Shown one piece after another: positions 1-10,637 of a DNA stretch of 64,000 nt. The DNA is taken from assembly GCA_963714105.1 (NCBI GenBank), contig OY970233.1, forward strand, positions 225,154 through 289,153, written 5' to 3'. The number at the start of each line of letters is the position of its first letter. Within the stretch, counting starts at the first letter, position 1. Both the position numbers and the translations under genes were made by a program. Origin of the DNA: an uncultured Actinomycetes bacterium (lineage in GTDB: Bacteria > Actinomycetota > Acidimicrobiia > IMCC26256 > PALSA-555). The notes below the pieces were generated by a model. That model saw nothing but the letters and a program-made list of their open reading frames with translations. It did not search any database and was not told the DNA's origin.

Positions 1-1122
1 ACCGGTCCAGTTCAACAGGACGTACGGGTGCAGCGACGGGACCGTGTACGCGCAGAACGCACCGGGGCGCTTCCCCGACCGGATCGGTGCGTCGATCCAC
101 GACTGGTCGAAGAACTTCGCCGCGACGGCGGCGAGCTCGCTCGAGAACGACCCGTACGCGTCGAGGACCAGCTCCCGCGCTTCGGTCCAGCCGAACTCGG
201 CGTCTTCACTCGCGATCGAAGCCATCCGGTCGTAATCGGCGAGGCGGGGCACACCGAGCAGCTGCGCCTTCAAGCGATACCAGCGTTGCGGGATGTCGTA
301 GCGGCGAACGACCGCGGTGACGAGCGCCTCGACCGACTCGTCGCTGGCCTCGTTGTCGAGGTTCCTGCTCGCGAGCCAGTTCGGGTAGTGACGGATCCGG
401 TCGTCGGAGTTCTTGTCGGCGAGGAGCGTGTTGAAGATGAACCCGCGGGTCCGCAACCCCGGTTCGAGGGCCACGCTCACCGCCTCCGCCGTGGTCTGGC
501 GGACGTCACGATCGGGGGCCTGCAGCCGCGACAGCGCCTCCTCGAGGCCGACGGTGCCGTCGTCGAGGTCGACGCTGATCGTGGAGGTCAGCTCGCTGAA
601 CAGCCGCGACCATGCGCTGCTGCCGGTGACGGCCTTGTCGGCGAGGAGCCGCTCCTCGGGTTCGGTCAGCAGGTGCGGCCGGTAGCGGCGCACCGAGCGC
701 AGGTAGTGCCGGCAGAAGTCGAGGGCCGGGTCGGCGATGATCGCCGCGACCCGCTCGTCGGGGAGCGCCGCCCATTCGAGCTCGACGAAGAGCAGCTCGT
801 TGGAGACCGCCGTGGCTCGCTCCTCCACCCGAGCGAGGAGCGCCCCGCGGCCCGGGTCGGTGGTGTCGACCGCGAACCGCAACGCCGCGTACGAACCGGC
901 CCTGCCGATGAGCTCCGTGATCGCGGCGACGTCGTGCATCAGCGCCGCGAGTCCCGCCGCGTCGAGGGTGTCGAGGCGGCCTCGGTACCGTTCGAGCGCC
1001 TCGGCTCGGCGGGCGGCCTCGTCAAGCTGGGCGGTGACGCCGTCCTCGCCGCGGCCGTCGACGAGCGGCTCGAGGTCCCAGGCGACGCTGGCGCCGGTGC
1101 GGTCGAGGTCGCTGACGGTCAT
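1..1122 (-). CDS. M3 family oligoendopeptidase (PepF/M3B-like), 3' end runs off the window
   Basis: Manual translation from ATG at 1122: MTVSDLDRTGASVAWDL...WIDAPIRSGKRPGAFCAYTVPSLHPYVLLNWTG. These are typical M3B motifs. Absent from the ORF track because there is no stop in the window. Confidence 0.85.
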   Translation of the reverse strand, partial: MTVSDLDRTGASVAWDLEPLVDGRGEDGVTAQLDEAARRAEALERYRGRLDTLDAAGLAALMHDVAAITELIGRAGSYAALRFAVDTTDPGRGALLARVEERATAVSNELLFVELEWAALPDERVAAIIADPALDFCRHYLRSVRRYRPHLLTEPEERLLADKAVTGSSAWSRLFSELTSTISVDLDDGTVGLEEALSRLQAPDRDVRQTTAEAVSVALEPGLRTRGFIFNTLLADKNSDDRIRHYPNWLASRNLDNEASDESVEALVTAVVRRYDIPQRWYRLKAQLLGVPRLADYDRMASIASEDAEFGWTEARELVLDAYGSFSSELAAVAAKFFDQSWIDAPIRSGKRPGAFCAYTVPSLHPYVLLNWTG

Positions 1123-1131
1123 GGCCGGATC

Positions 1132-3423
1132 TTACGAGGCGGCCATCGGGGCTCCGGGCAGCGACGCCGCTGCGAGCGCCTCCGGGAGCGCGCCGGCGTG
1201 CACGACCGCGAGGGTGCGCGTCGCTCGCGTCATCGCCACGTACAGCAGCCGCAACCCGGCCGGATCCGGGTCGACGAGCCGGGCCGGCTCGACCAGGATC
1301 ACGTGGTCGAACTCGAGGCCCTTGGCCTCCGTTGCGTCGAGCACCGCGACGGGCGCTTCGAGCGCCTCGGCGGTGTCGGCGCGGGCGCCCAGGTCGCTTG
1401 ACGCGCCGACGATCGCGTCGTGGAGGAACGGCGGGGCGAGCACCGCGACGGTCCCGCCCGCGTGCACGGCCCGCCCGGCCTGCGCCGCGACCCCGTCGAC
1501 GAGCCCGTCGTGGCTGGTCCGCACGAAGTGGGGCTGCTCCCCCGTGTGGCGGACCGCCTGGGTGGCCTCCACCCCCGGCGCCGCCGCGGACAGCACCCGA
1601 TGCGCGACGGCCATGATCTCGGCCGGGGTGCGGTAGTTCACCGTGAGGGTCACGACCTGGGTGCCGCGCCGGTCCGGGAGGACGCGGAGCACCTCGTCCC
1701 AGCTGCGCAGCGCCGCCGGTCGACTGGCCTGCCCGAAGTCACCGACCACGGTCATCGACCCGGACGGGCAGCGTCGGGCGAGCATCCGCCACTGCATCGC
1801 GGACACGTCCTGAGCCTCGTCGACGAGCACGTGCCCGAAGGTGCGGGGCTCGTCGGATTCCTCCGCGGTCGGCCCCGGGTCGCCGCGGTAGCGGCGGGCG
1901 ACCTCACCGGCGGTGAGGAACCCGCCGACCCCCATCTCGGCGACGACCCGGTTCGCGGCGTCGTCGTCGGAGCCCTTGCGGCGCCGCCGGCGGGGCCGCG
2001 CCGCCGCGGGTGACCCGAGCAGCGCGTCGGCCTCGTCGACGAGCGCGAGGTCCGCTTCGGTCCACGGCACCTCGCGGAGGCTGGCGGCGCGGGGCCGGAA
2101 CAGCCGGGTCTGGTCGCCCCGGGAGAGCACCCCGTCGGCGGCGGAGCGGATCAGCGCCGGGAACGAGCACAGGTCGTGCACCAGCTCCCCGCCCGACAGC
2201 ACCGGCCACATGCGGTCGAGCGCGGCGCGGACCTCGGGGAGGCGACGGATCCGCGCGTCGAGCTCCCGGTCCCAGTCCGGGTCGTCGGGTGCCGCGGCGG
2301 CGAGCGCCCGCCGGTACTGGGTGCGGAGATGCTCGACCACGGCGCGCACCACCGCCGGCCGCTTGGCGTTGTGGGCGCCGCGCCGGTGGCGGCTGCGCTC
2401 CACGATCCGAGTCGACGCATCCCGCGTGAGGCGCAACACGACCCCGTCCATCATCACGACCAGGTCGCGCGCGAGCGGATGCTCCCGGTCGCGCAGCGCC
2501 CGGCGGATGACCTGCACCATCCGGGTGTCACCCTTGACCCGGGCGACGTCGGGCGGGTCGTCGTCGACGACCCGGTAGGCGGGCTTCAAGCCGAGCAGCG
2601 TCGACAGCTCGACCTCATGCTCCCCGAGCGAGGGCAGCACCTGGTCGATGTAGCGCAAGAAGATCGAGTTCGGCCCGACGAGGAGGACCCCCTGGGAGCC
2701 GAGCCGCTGCCGGTACGAGTAGAGGAGGTACGCGGCGCGGTGCAACGCCACCGCGGTCTTGCCGGTCCCGGGACCACCGGCGACGACGAGCACCCCGGGC
2801 AGCGGCGCCCGGATCGCCTCGTCCTGCTGGGCTTGGATCGTCGCGACGATGTCGCCCATCCGGCCGGTGCGGGCCCGATCCAGCGCGGCGAGGAGCGCTC
2901 CCTCCCCCACCACCGTGAACCCCGCTTCGGTGGCCGCCTCCCGGTCGAAGACCTCGTCGTCGATGCCGACCAGCTCGCGGCCGTCCCCGGGACGGGTCAG
3001 GAAATGGCGGCGCCGCACCACCCCCATCGGCTCCACGGCCGTCGCCCGGTAGAACGGCTCCGAGACCGGCGCCCGCCAGTCGACGATCAGCGGCGCCTGA
3101 TCCTCGTCCATCACCGCGATCCGCCCCACGTAGAAGACCCCATCGCTCCCCGACCCGGAACCGGCATCGGCCTCCGGCTCGGCCTCGAGATCGAGACGGC
3201 CGAAGCAGAGCGGCGCCGAGCCGATGTCCAGCATCGCCAGCCGCCGGCGGGTCAACCCGGTCGCGGCGTCCCGCTCCAGTCGGGCCTGATGTGTCCCCCC
3301 GGCGCCGACCTCCGAGTACCCCTCCGCGACGCGCCGAGCCGCGGCACGCATCGCGTCGAGGCGCTCGTAGGCGCGATCGACGTAGCGCTGCTCGGCCGCA
3401 AGCTCTGGGTGAGGAACGGACAA
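1132..3423 (-). CDS. helD: HelD-family superfamily I helicase-like ATPase (RNA polymerase recycling factor)
   Basis: LCFGRLD, IVDWRAPVSEPFY, MGDIVATIQAQQD, Walker A GGPGTGKT, VDEAQD, KGLEFD, LYVAMTRA. Confidence 0.85.
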   Translation of the reverse strand: MSVPHPELAAEQRYVDRAYERLDAMRAAARRVAEGYSEVGAGGTHQARLERDAATGLTRRRLAMLDIGSAPLCFGRLDLEAEPEADAGSGSGSDGVFYVGRIAVMDEDQAPLIVDWRAPVSEPFYRATAVEPMGVVRRRHFLTRPGDGRELVGIDDEVFDREAATEAGFTVVGEGALLAALDRARTGRMGDIVATIQAQQDEAIRAPLPGVLVVAGGPGTGKTAVALHRAAYLLYSYRQRLGSQGVLLVGPNSIFLRYIDQVLPSLGEHEVELSTLLGLKPAYRVVDDDPPDVARVKGDTRMVQVIRRALRDREHPLARDLVVMMDGVVLRLTRDASTRIVERSRHRRGAHNAKRPAVVRAVVEHLRTQYRRALAAAAPDDPDWDRELDARIRRLPEVRAALDRMWPVLSGGELVHDLCSFPALIRSAADGVLSRGDQTRLFRPRAASLREVPWTEADLALVDEADALLGSPAAARPRRRRRKGSDDDAANRVVAEMGVGGFLTAGEVARRYRGDPGPTAEESDEPRTFGHVLVDEAQDVSAMQWRMLARRCPSGSMTVVGDFGQASRPAALRSWDEVLRVLPDRRGTQVVTLTVNYRTPAEIMAVAHRVLSAAAPGVEATQAVRHTGEQPHFVRTSHDGLVDGVAAQAGRAVHAGGTVAVLAPPFLHDAIVGASSDLGARADTAEALEAPVAVLDATEAKGLEFDHVILVEPARLVDPDPAGLRLLYVAMTRATRTLAVVHAGALPEALAAASLPGAPMAAS

Positions 3424-3518
3424 CGGGGCGAAGGCTCGCGTTCACTCGATGAACGGGGGACCGACCACTTTACTGGTCGCCGGCCCCGCCCCGATCGGGG
3501 ACCGACGAGCCAGGCCGG

Positions 3519-4115
3519 TCAGTCCACCGCAGTGACCGGTGGGGGCGGCGCCTCCGCGGGGTCGAGCAGCGACACCGACGCGCCGAGCACCAGCTCGTCC
3601 CCCTCGACGTGGAGCCACACGCCGGCGAGGTTCGGGACGGGTGTCGCGGGCGCCCCGAGGTGCTGCGCCACGGCTCGGATCACCCCACCGTGCGACACGA
3701 CGATCCCGGTCCCGTCGCGTGCCAGCGCCGCGGCGGCGGCATGGAGCGCCGGGGCTGCCCGGGCGACCAGCGCGTCGTCGGGCTCCCACCCGTCGGGCCG
3801 GCGACCCTCGTGCAGCCAGCCGGGGTGCCGGGCCTGGATCTCCTCGCGGGTCAAGGCGGTCCACGCCCCGACGTCGCGTTCCCGCAGCCGCGCGTCGAGG
3901 CGCCGTGGGACGCCGACCGGGCCGAGCAGCTCGGCGGTGCGCCGGGCGCGGACCAGGTCGCTGCTCCACACCCTGTCGACCGCTCCGAGGTTCGCGGCCG
4001 CGGCGCGCGCTTGCGCTTCACCCGTCGCGCTGAGCGGCGGGTCGGCGTGACCTTGCCAGCGGCCGACGGCGTTCCAGGTCGACTGCCCGTGGCGGACGAG
4101 CAGCAGCCGCGTCAC
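3519..4115 (-). CDS. histidine phosphatase family protein
   Basis: LLLVRHGQSTWNAVGRWQG...SSDLVRA...LRERDVGAW...VVSHGG. Start is the GTG at 4115 within the longer track ORF. Confidence 0.85.
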   Translation of the reverse strand: MTRLLLVRHGQSTWNAVGRWQGHADPPLSATGEAQARAAAANLGAVDRVWSSDLVRARRTAELLGPVGVPRRLDARLRERDVGAWTALTREEIQARHPGWLHEGRRPDGWEPDDALVARAAPALHAAAAALARDGTGIVVSHGGVIRAVAQHLGAPATPVPNLAGVWLHVEGDELVLGASVSLLDPAEAPPPPVTAVD

Positions 4116-4201
4116 GCCGTCTGCGCCCGGTCCGGCGGGTGCTCCACGCCGGGGAACGTAGCGTCCGGGTTCCCTCGTCGTCGCCGCGACCGCGGAGCGG
4201 G

Positions 4202-5017
4202 TTATGGACGGCGCGGCCGGTTGGTCCACGCGCCCTCCTCGGTGCGGAACCAGCCGCCCGCCGCGAGCGTCCCCCCGTCGGCGTGGACGGTCGTGCCGGT
4301 CACGAACGCCGACAGCTCCGAGGCGAGGAACACGGCGACGCCGGCGATGTCGGCCGGGGTCCCGAAGCGTCCCAGCGGCACCCACACCGGGATCAGATGC
4401 TCGTCTTCGGGTGGCACCCACCGCGAGTACGGGACTTGGGGCGTCTCGGTCACGTCGGGGGCGATCGCGTTGACCCGGATCCCGGCGTCGGCGTACTCGA
4501 GCGCCAGGCTCTTGGTCAGCCCGGTGATGCCGGCCTTGAACGCGGCGTAGACCGCCCGGGTGGGGATCCCGCGGAAGGCCTCGATCGTCGACACGTTGAC
4601 GATCGCTCCGCCGCCGTGGTCGATCATCGAGGGCAGCACCGCGCGCGTGCACAACAGCACGTGCTCGAGGTTCACCCGGTACAGGTCGAGCCAGTCCTCG
4701 CGGGTCGACTCGTGGAACGCAGTGCGGGGACCCCCGTAGTGGCCGACGTTGTTGACCAGGACGTCCACCCGACCGTGCTCGTCCAAGGCGCTCCGAACGA
4801 CCCGGTCGACATCGGCCGGCTCGCGCACGTCGGCGACCACGGCGGTCGCCACTCCGCCACCGGCGCGGATTCCGTCCACGGTCGTCTCGGCACGGGACGC
4901 GTCGATCTCGGCCACCGTCACCGCGGCCCCCTCGGCGGCGAACCGCTCGGAGACCGCCCCGCCGATCCCGCCTCCCCCGCCGGTCACGACCGCCACCTTG
5001 CCGTCGAGGAGGGTCAT
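4202..5017 (-). CDS. SDR family NAD(P)-dependent oxidoreductase
   Basis: TGGGGGIG, LVNNVG, YAAFK (YxxxK), IRVNAIAP. Confidence 0.9.
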   Translation of the reverse strand: MTLLDGKVAVVTGGGGGIGGAVSERFAAEGAAVTVAEIDASRAETTVDGIRAGGGVATAVVADVREPADVDRVVRSALDEHGRVDVLVNNVGHYGGPRTAFHESTREDWLDLYRVNLEHVLLCTRAVLPSMIDHGGGAIVNVSTIEAFRGIPTRAVYAAFKAGITGLTKSLALEYADAGIRVNAIAPDVTETPQVPYSRWVPPEDEHLIPVWVPLGRFGTPADIAGVAVFLASELSAFVTGTTVHADGGTLAAGGWFRTEEGAWTNRPRRP

Positions 5018-5052
5018 GCACCGAGCCTACGGCCCGGATAGGTTGACCCTCC

Positions 5053-6081
5053 ATGATGCAGACGGGCACGATCGTCGACGACGACCGCGAGCTCCACGTG
5101 CGCGTCACCCCGCGTGACGACACGCTGCTCGTCGACATCGACGATCTCGCCACGACCGGATGGACCGTGAAACCCGAAGGGCTGTGCCGCGGCGAGGTGT
5201 GCACGCCCGTCCGAGACCGGGACGCGCTGGTCACCCCCGACGGCGTCGACCTGCGGGTCTTCGCGGCCACGTTGGGCCGGCCCGTCGCCATCGAACCCGA
5301 CGCCCGGCTCGCGGTCCTCGGAGAACCCAGCGCGACCGGACCACGCCCCCTCGACGCGCCCGACTTCACCCTCCCCGACCTCGACGGGAACCCGGTGTCG
5401 CTGCGCAGCTTCGACGGCCGCAAGCGGCTGCTCATCGCCTGGTCGTCGTGGTGAGGCTGCCGCTGGGACCTGCCCGTGTGGCAGGAGCTGAACGCGGAGC
5501 TCGAGCACCACGGCCTGGTGATGATGGCCGTCGCGCTCGACGAGGACCTCGACGCGGTGCGCCACTGGGCTCGTGACGAGCCCCCCGTTCCGCTCACGTT
5601 CCCGGTGCTCATCGACCGGGACCATCTCGTCGCCGAGCGGTACGGCATCGTGAACGTGCCCTCCACCGTCTGGATCGACGAGCAGCTCCGGGTGGTCCGC
5701 CCACCTGCTATCGCGCCGGCCGACGACAAGTTCCGCGACTTCACCCAGATCGATTCGTCGATCCATCAGGACGCGCTGCGCCGCTGGGTCCTCGACGACG
5801 TCGCGCCCCTGAGCGACGCCGAGCTCGAGGCGCGACGGCCAATCACCGATCCCGACGTGGCCCAGGCCCGCGCGGAACGACGCCTCGCTGTGCATCTGCT
5901 CCGTGCCGGTGACCGCGCGGCCGCGGAACGGCATCTCACCGCCGCGCTCGGCCTCGCCCCCAACGACTGGACGATCCACCGCGGGTCGATGCCGTTGCGG
6001 GGCGAGGATCCCTTCGGTCAGGCATTCTTCGACTTCTACCAGTCGTGGGAAGCCGCCGGCCGTCCCGGCTACGGGGCGTGA
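5053..6081 (+). CDS. thioredoxin-fold (ResA/AhpC-TSA-like) selenoprotein with WSSW-U-GC motif (UGA at 5452-5454 read as Sec)
   Basis: ORFs 5053..5454 and 5476..6081 are in the same frame, separated only by TGA at the redox-site position: [16 protein letters not shown]...[18 protein letters not shown]...[14 protein letters not shown]-like hairpin follows. Confidence 0.8.
5469..5485 (+). promoter_or_regulatory. putative bacterial SECIS hairpin
   Basis: CCTGCC-CGTGT-GGCAGG: perfect 6-bp stem with a G-containing loop, starting 15 nt after the in-frame UGA. Confidence 0.6.
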
Positions 6082-6953
6082 ACAGCGAGGTCGTCGCTCG
6101 AGGGATCCGGTTCCCGGAAGGCCCGGTCTACCGCCGGGACGCCGACGGGTCGGAGACGCTCGTGTGCACCAGCGTCGCCGACGGCGCCCTCGAGCGGATC
6201 CACCTCTCCGACGGCCGGGTCGAGCGGATCGCGGTGCTCGGCGGCGGCGCGAACGGCGCGGTCCCATGCGCCGACGGCGGGTTCCTCGTCACCCAGAACG
6301 GCGGGATCGACTTCGCGAGCACCAACCTCTACCCGGACGACCCGCCCCCGTACCGGCCGGTGCGCCCCGCGATCCAGCGGGTCGCCCCCGACGGGACGGT
6401 GACGTCCATCACCGACGGTGACTACCTCGCCCCGAACGACCTGGTCGTCGCCGCCGACGGCACCGTCTGGTTTACCGACCCGCCCCACTTCCCGCCACCG
6501 GCCGACCCGGTCGGTCGGGTGCACACCATGGACCGCGCTGGCGCCACCCGCGTCGTCGCGACCGGCTTCGCCTACTGCAACGGCATCGCCCTCGACCCCG
6601 ACGGGACCCCCGTCGTCGTCGAAGGCCAGGGACTGATGCGCCTCCAACCCGACGGCACCCGAACGTGGATCGTCGAGACGCTCACGGGTGGCGCCGGTGA
6701 CGGCTTCTGCGTCGACGTCGACGGCCGCTGCTACGTCGCGAACACGGCCGCCCATGGCGTGCGCGTCGTCGACCCCGGCGGCACCGAGGTCGACTTCCTC
6801 GCCGTCGACGGGCGCGGCGTGACCACCAACTGCTGCTTCGGTGGGCCCGACGGTCGGACCCTCTTCGCGACCGACGGTCTCCCCGGCCAGGTCGTCGCCT
6901 GGGAGGGGATGCCGACCCCGGGTCTCCCGCTACACCCCTGGCCTGGCCCCTGA
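6078..6953 (+). CDS. SMP-30/gluconolactonase/LRE family protein
   Basis: [40 protein letters not shown]. The GTG start overlaps the upstream TGA. Confidence 0.88.
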   Translation: MNSEVVARGIRFPEGPVYRRDADGSETLVCTSVADGALERIHLSDGRVERIAVLGGGANGAVPCADGGFLVTQNGGIDFASTNLYPDDPPPYRPVRPAIQRVAPDGTVTSITDGDYLAPNDLVVAADGTVWFTDPPHFPPPADPVGRVHTMDRAGATRVVATGFAYCNGIALDPDGTPVVVEGQGLMRLQPDGTRTWIVETLTGGAGDGFCVDVDGRCYVANTAAHGVRVVDPGGTEVDFLAVDGRGVTTNCCFGGPDGRTLFATDGLPGQVVAWEGMPTPGLPLHPWPGP

Positions 6954-7008
6954 TACCTTCGCCGCAGGCACGACCAGCAGGCCCGGTTCAGACAGCAGGG
7001 GGAAGCGA

Positions 7009-8085
7009 ATGCGCGCAGCGATCTTCGTGGAACAAGACGGCGACCTCGTCGTCGAGGATGTCACCGCCGCCGACCCCGGACCCCGCGACGTGGTCGTGCG
7101 CGTGACCGCCAGCGGGGTGTGCCACTCGGACCTCTCGGTCATCAACGGCACGTTGCCGATGCCGCCCCCCGCGATCCTCGGCCACGAGGGCACCGGGATC
7201 GTGGAATCCGTCGGGAACGAGGTCTCACGGGTCAAGCCCGGCGACAAGGTCATCGGCTCGTTCATCCCCACGTGCGGGGTGTGCTGGTACTGCCGCAACC
7301 ACCAGAGCAACCTGTGCGAGCAGACCTACGCGGTCATGGGCTCCCCCCGGGCCACCCGAGGTGACGGGACACCGCTCATGGCCATGACCGGGCTCGGCAC
7401 CTTCTCCGACGTGATGACCTGCAACGAGATCTCCCTGATCAAGGTCGACACCGACCTGCCCGACGAGCAGCTCGCGCTCATCGGCTGCGGGGTCACCACC
7501 GGTGTCGGCGCCGCGCTCAACACCGCCCGTGTCGTCCCCGGCTCGAGCGTCGCGGTCGTCGGCTGCGGCGGGGTCGGTCAAGCGGTGATCCAGGGTGCCC
7601 GCATCGCCGGTGCGGCTCGCATCATCGCCGTCGACCCGGTCGAGCTGAAGCGCAAGACCGCGCTTACGCTCGGCGCGACCGACGCGGTCGACCCGACCGA
7701 CGGTGACGCCACCGCGCAGGTCCAGGCGCTGACCAGCGGACGCGGGGTCGACTACGCCTTCGAGGTGATCGGCAACCCGAAGACCGTGCAGCAGGCGTTC
7801 GACATGGCCCGCCCCGGCGGCGCATGCGTCGTGGTCGGTGTGCCCCGCTTCGACCAGACGATCGAGCTGCCCAGCATGCCGCTCGTCCTCCAGGAGAAGC
7901 GCGTCCTCGGCACCGTCTACGGGTCGGCGCAGGTCAACCGCGACTTCCCCCGCCTGATCGGACTGGTCGAGCAGGGCCGGCTCGACCTCGGCGACATGGT
8001 CTCGAAGCGCATGAAACTCGACGACATCAACGACGCGTTCGATGCCATGAAAGCCGGTGAGGTGATCCGCAGCGTCATCACCTGA
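7009..8085 (+). CDS. Zn-dependent alcohol dehydrogenase (class III-like MDR)
   Basis: GVCHSD, GHEG, CGVCWYC...C structural Zn, IGCGVTTG, GCGGVG. Confidence 0.92.
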   Translation: MRAAIFVEQDGDLVVEDVTAADPGPRDVVVRVTASGVCHSDLSVINGTLPMPPPAILGHEGTGIVESVGNEVSRVKPGDKVIGSFIPTCGVCWYCRNHQSNLCEQTYAVMGSPRATRGDGTPLMAMTGLGTFSDVMTCNEISLIKVDTDLPDEQLALIGCGVTTGVGAALNTARVVPGSSVAVVGCGGVGQAVIQGARIAGAARIIAVDPVELKRKTALTLGATDAVDPTDGDATAQVQALTSGRGVDYAFEVIGNPKTVQQAFDMARPGGACVVVGVPRFDQTIELPSMPLVLQEKRVLGTVYGSAQVNRDFPRLIGLVEQGRLDLGDMVSKRMKLDDINDAFDAMKAGEVIRSVIT

Positions 8086-8102
8086 CGCCACCCGGACCTG
8101 CG

Positions 8103-8822
8103 TCAGTTCGTATCGAGCGCGAAGAAGCCTTCTGCCAGGCGGCCCTCTGGCCATCCGGCCATCGACGCCATCGCCCCCATCCAGCCGCGCAGCATCGGGT
8201 CCAGCCGTCCCGGCTCGGGATGCTGGCTCACGTGGCTGAGCAGCGCCTCGATCTTGCGGTCGAACACGTCGGTGATGTCCACGAACCGGTTCGGCTCGGA
8301 CGCGGCCATCAGCCAGACCTCACCCACCGTCCACGGCTCCAGCCCCTCCTGGTCCAGCAGCTCCGGATGCGCGAAGGGGTTCCGGGCGTCCGGGTAGACG
8401 GCGCACAGCGCCGCTTCCCCGGCCGCCAGATGGTCGGGGTGACTCGCGTAGATCCGCTGATAGTTGCGGTCCGGCGACTGGGTGACCACCCGCTGCGGGC
8501 AAAGCTGCCGCAGCACGCGGCTCAGGTCGCGGCGCAACTCCAGGGTCGCCTCGAGGCGCCCGTCCGGATAGCCGAGGAACACCAGGTCCTGCACGCCGAC
8601 CGCCTTGGCTGCCGCCGTCTGCTCGGCTCGCCGTAACGCGGCCATGTCGCTGCGCGACACGCTGCGGTCGAAGCCACCGGCGTCACCGTCGGTCACGATG
8701 CAGTACCGCACATCGATCCCGGCGTCGGTCCAGGTGGCCACGCTCCCCGCGACTCCGAAGTCCACGTCGTCGGGATGGGCGGTGATGACCAGCAGCCGCT
8801 CCACCGGATCCGTCTCAGGCAC
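8103..8822 (-). CDS. PIG-L family deacetylase
   Basis: AHPDD, VTDGDAG, HPDH, KIEALLSHVSQ. Confidence 0.9.
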   Translation of the reverse strand: MPETDPVERLLVITAHPDDVDFGVAGSVATWTDAGIDVRYCIVTDGDAGGFDRSVSRSDMAALRRAEQTAAAKAVGVQDLVFLGYPDGRLEATLELRRDLSRVLRQLCPQRVVTQSPDRNYQRIYASHPDHLAAGEAALCAVYPDARNPFAHPELLDQEGLEPWTVGEVWLMAASEPNRFVDITDVFDRKIEALLSHVSQHPEPGRLDPMLRGWMGAMASMAGWPEGRLAEGFFALDTN

Positions 8823-8885
8823 GGGGCGACCCTACCGGCCGTCGGAGCGGTCCCCGACCCATCGAGACCGACCCGGCGCGGCTGG

Positions 8886-9386
8886 TCAGAACACAGGCTT
8901 CCCGTACATCTCGCCGAGCGGGTCGCTGATCAGCTCGACGCGGGCCCCGTCGGGATCACGGAAGTACAGCGACGACGAGATGCACTCGGTCGGGACGTTC
9001 GCCCCGTCGAGCCGGCGGCGTTGCTCCGCCCACTGCTCGGGGGGCACGGAGATCGCCAGGTGGTGCAACCCCCCGAGCACCTCCGCGTAGGGGCCGAGCT
9101 CGAGGCCAGGGAAGTCGAAGAACGCGAGCGCGTTCCCGTTCCCGATGTCGAAGAAGAAATGGGTCGACCCTGCGTAGTCGCGGTTCTCGAACAGGTCGGT
9201 CAGTGGGAACCCCAGGATCTCCTGGTAGAAGCGGATCGTCCGCTCCACGTCCTGACTCAACAGCGCGACGTGGTGCACCCCTCGCGCGGTCGTGTCTGGC
9301 CGATCGGCTCGCGGCCGCAGATACCGGCGCCGTAGCTCCTCCCACTCGCGCTCGCGAGCGCCTGACGAGACCGCGGCTTCGCTCAC
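8886..9386 (-). CDS. VOC family (glyoxalase-like) protein
   Basis: GVHHVAL...FYQEILGF...LHHLAI...SLYFRDPDGARVEL. The GTG start overlaps the upstream stop. Confidence 0.85.
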   Translation of the reverse strand: MSEAAVSSGAREREWEELRRRYLRPRADRPDTTARGVHHVALLSQDVERTIRFYQEILGFPLTDLFENRDYAGSTHFFFDIGNGNALAFFDFPGLELGPYAEVLGGLHHLAISVPPEQWAEQRRRLDGANVPTECISSSLYFRDPDGARVELISDPLGEMYGKPVF

Positions 9387-10561
9387 GCCGGCCGCCGGGT
9401 CGTGAGCTCCCGAGCGTTGTCGCGCAGCACGAGACGCTGCGCGGTGTCGTCGAGCTCCTTCAGCTCGGGCACGTAGTCGAGCGGTCTGGGCATCCCCTCG
9501 ATGTGGGGCCAGTCGGATCCGAAGATGACCCGGTCCGCGCCCATGAGGTCCACCACCTGGTACGGATCGTCCTCCCAGAACGGGTTGATCCACACGTGAC
9601 GCCGGAAGGTCTCCGCGGGGTCCTCGGTGAAGTAGCCAGGCATCTTGCGTTGCGTGGACGCCAGCTTCTTGAACAGGTCGGGGAGGAACTCGGAGCCGTT
9701 CTCGACCGACGCGATGCGCAGGTTCGGGAACCGGTCGAAGAGCCGGTCGAACGCCAAGGTGAGCAGGAAGTCGTAGGCAGCCCGTTCGATCGCCAGGCCC
9801 TTGATCGACGGTCGCCCCGCCCCCTCGAACGTGGCCGCGAAGCCGTCCTTGGCGTAGCCCTGCGACGAGTAGCCGCTGTCACCGGCGTGCACGACGACCG
9901 TGATCCCGGCTTCGTTCACCCGGGCCCAGAACGGGTCGAACATCGGATCCGTCGGCGGGACCTGCCCGCTGACCGTGGTGGGCGCCGCCGGCCGCAAGAC
10001 GACCGTGCGCGCGTCCTGGTCGAGGGCCCACTCGAGCTCACGGACCGCCCAGTCCACGTCGCACAGGGAGATATACGGGGACGCGAAGATCCGATCGTCG
10101 AAGTTGCAGCCCCAGTCCTCCTCGAGCCACCGGTTGAACGCGGTGAACGTGAGCGTCACCGCCTCCGGGTCGTCCTTCAGCAGCTCCTCGTAGAGGATCC
10201 CCAGGGTGGGGAACAGCCAGACCGCTTCGAGACCGAACTCGTCCATCGTCTGCAACCGCACCGCACGGTCGCGGTACTCTGGCCGGATCGGCTCCCGCTC
10301 TCGCAGGAACTCGAGCGGTGACTTCGAGTCCGGGTTGCCGCGGAAGTAGTCGTGCAACGCTCCCGCCTTCGCGACCGGATCGAAGGTCGGGTTCACGACC
10401 GCATGACTGACCCGGCCTCCGACGACGTGATACTTGCGCCCGTCGATCTCCGCCCACTGCACACAGCGGGGGCCCAGGCGCCGATCGAGATGCCGGGTGA
10501 AGGCATCGATCGCCTCGTAGTAGTGGTTGTCCGCGTCGAAAGCCAGAAAGTCGAGATCCAC
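9383..10561 (-). CDS. amidohydrolase family protein (Amidohydro_2)
   Basis: FDADNHYYE, LFPTLG, VVVHAG, FPNLRIASVENG, FGSDWPH. Confidence 0.9.
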   Translation of the reverse strand: MDLDFLAFDADNHYYEAIDAFTRHLDRRLGPRCVQWAEIDGRKYHVVGGRVSHAVVNPTFDPVAKAGALHDYFRGNPDSKSPLEFLREREPIRPEYRDRAVRLQTMDEFGLEAVWLFPTLGILYEELLKDDPEAVTLTFTAFNRWLEEDWGCNFDDRIFASPYISLCDVDWAVRELEWALDQDARTVVLRPAAPTTVSGQVPPTDPMFDPFWARVNEAGITVVVHAGDSGYSSQGYAKDGFAATFEGAGRPSIKGLAIERAAYDFLLTLAFDRLFDRFPNLRIASVENGSEFLPDLFKKLASTQRKMPGYFTEDPAETFRRHVWINPFWEDDPYQVVDLMGADRVIFGSDWPHIEGMPRPLDYVPELKELDDTAQRLVLRDNARELTTRRPA

Positions 10562-10637
10562 ACGCCCAGCGTAGAGCAGGCCCGCTGGTGCCAGACCGAC
10601 GTGGACGCCCACGTCGGGGGCCGCGTGGCGGCGAGGG

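Noticed and set aside
3424-3520. Rifamycin-associated element upstream of the HelD-like gene
   Set aside because: No RAE-like inverted repeat is visible, so it is not called a HelR resistance gene.
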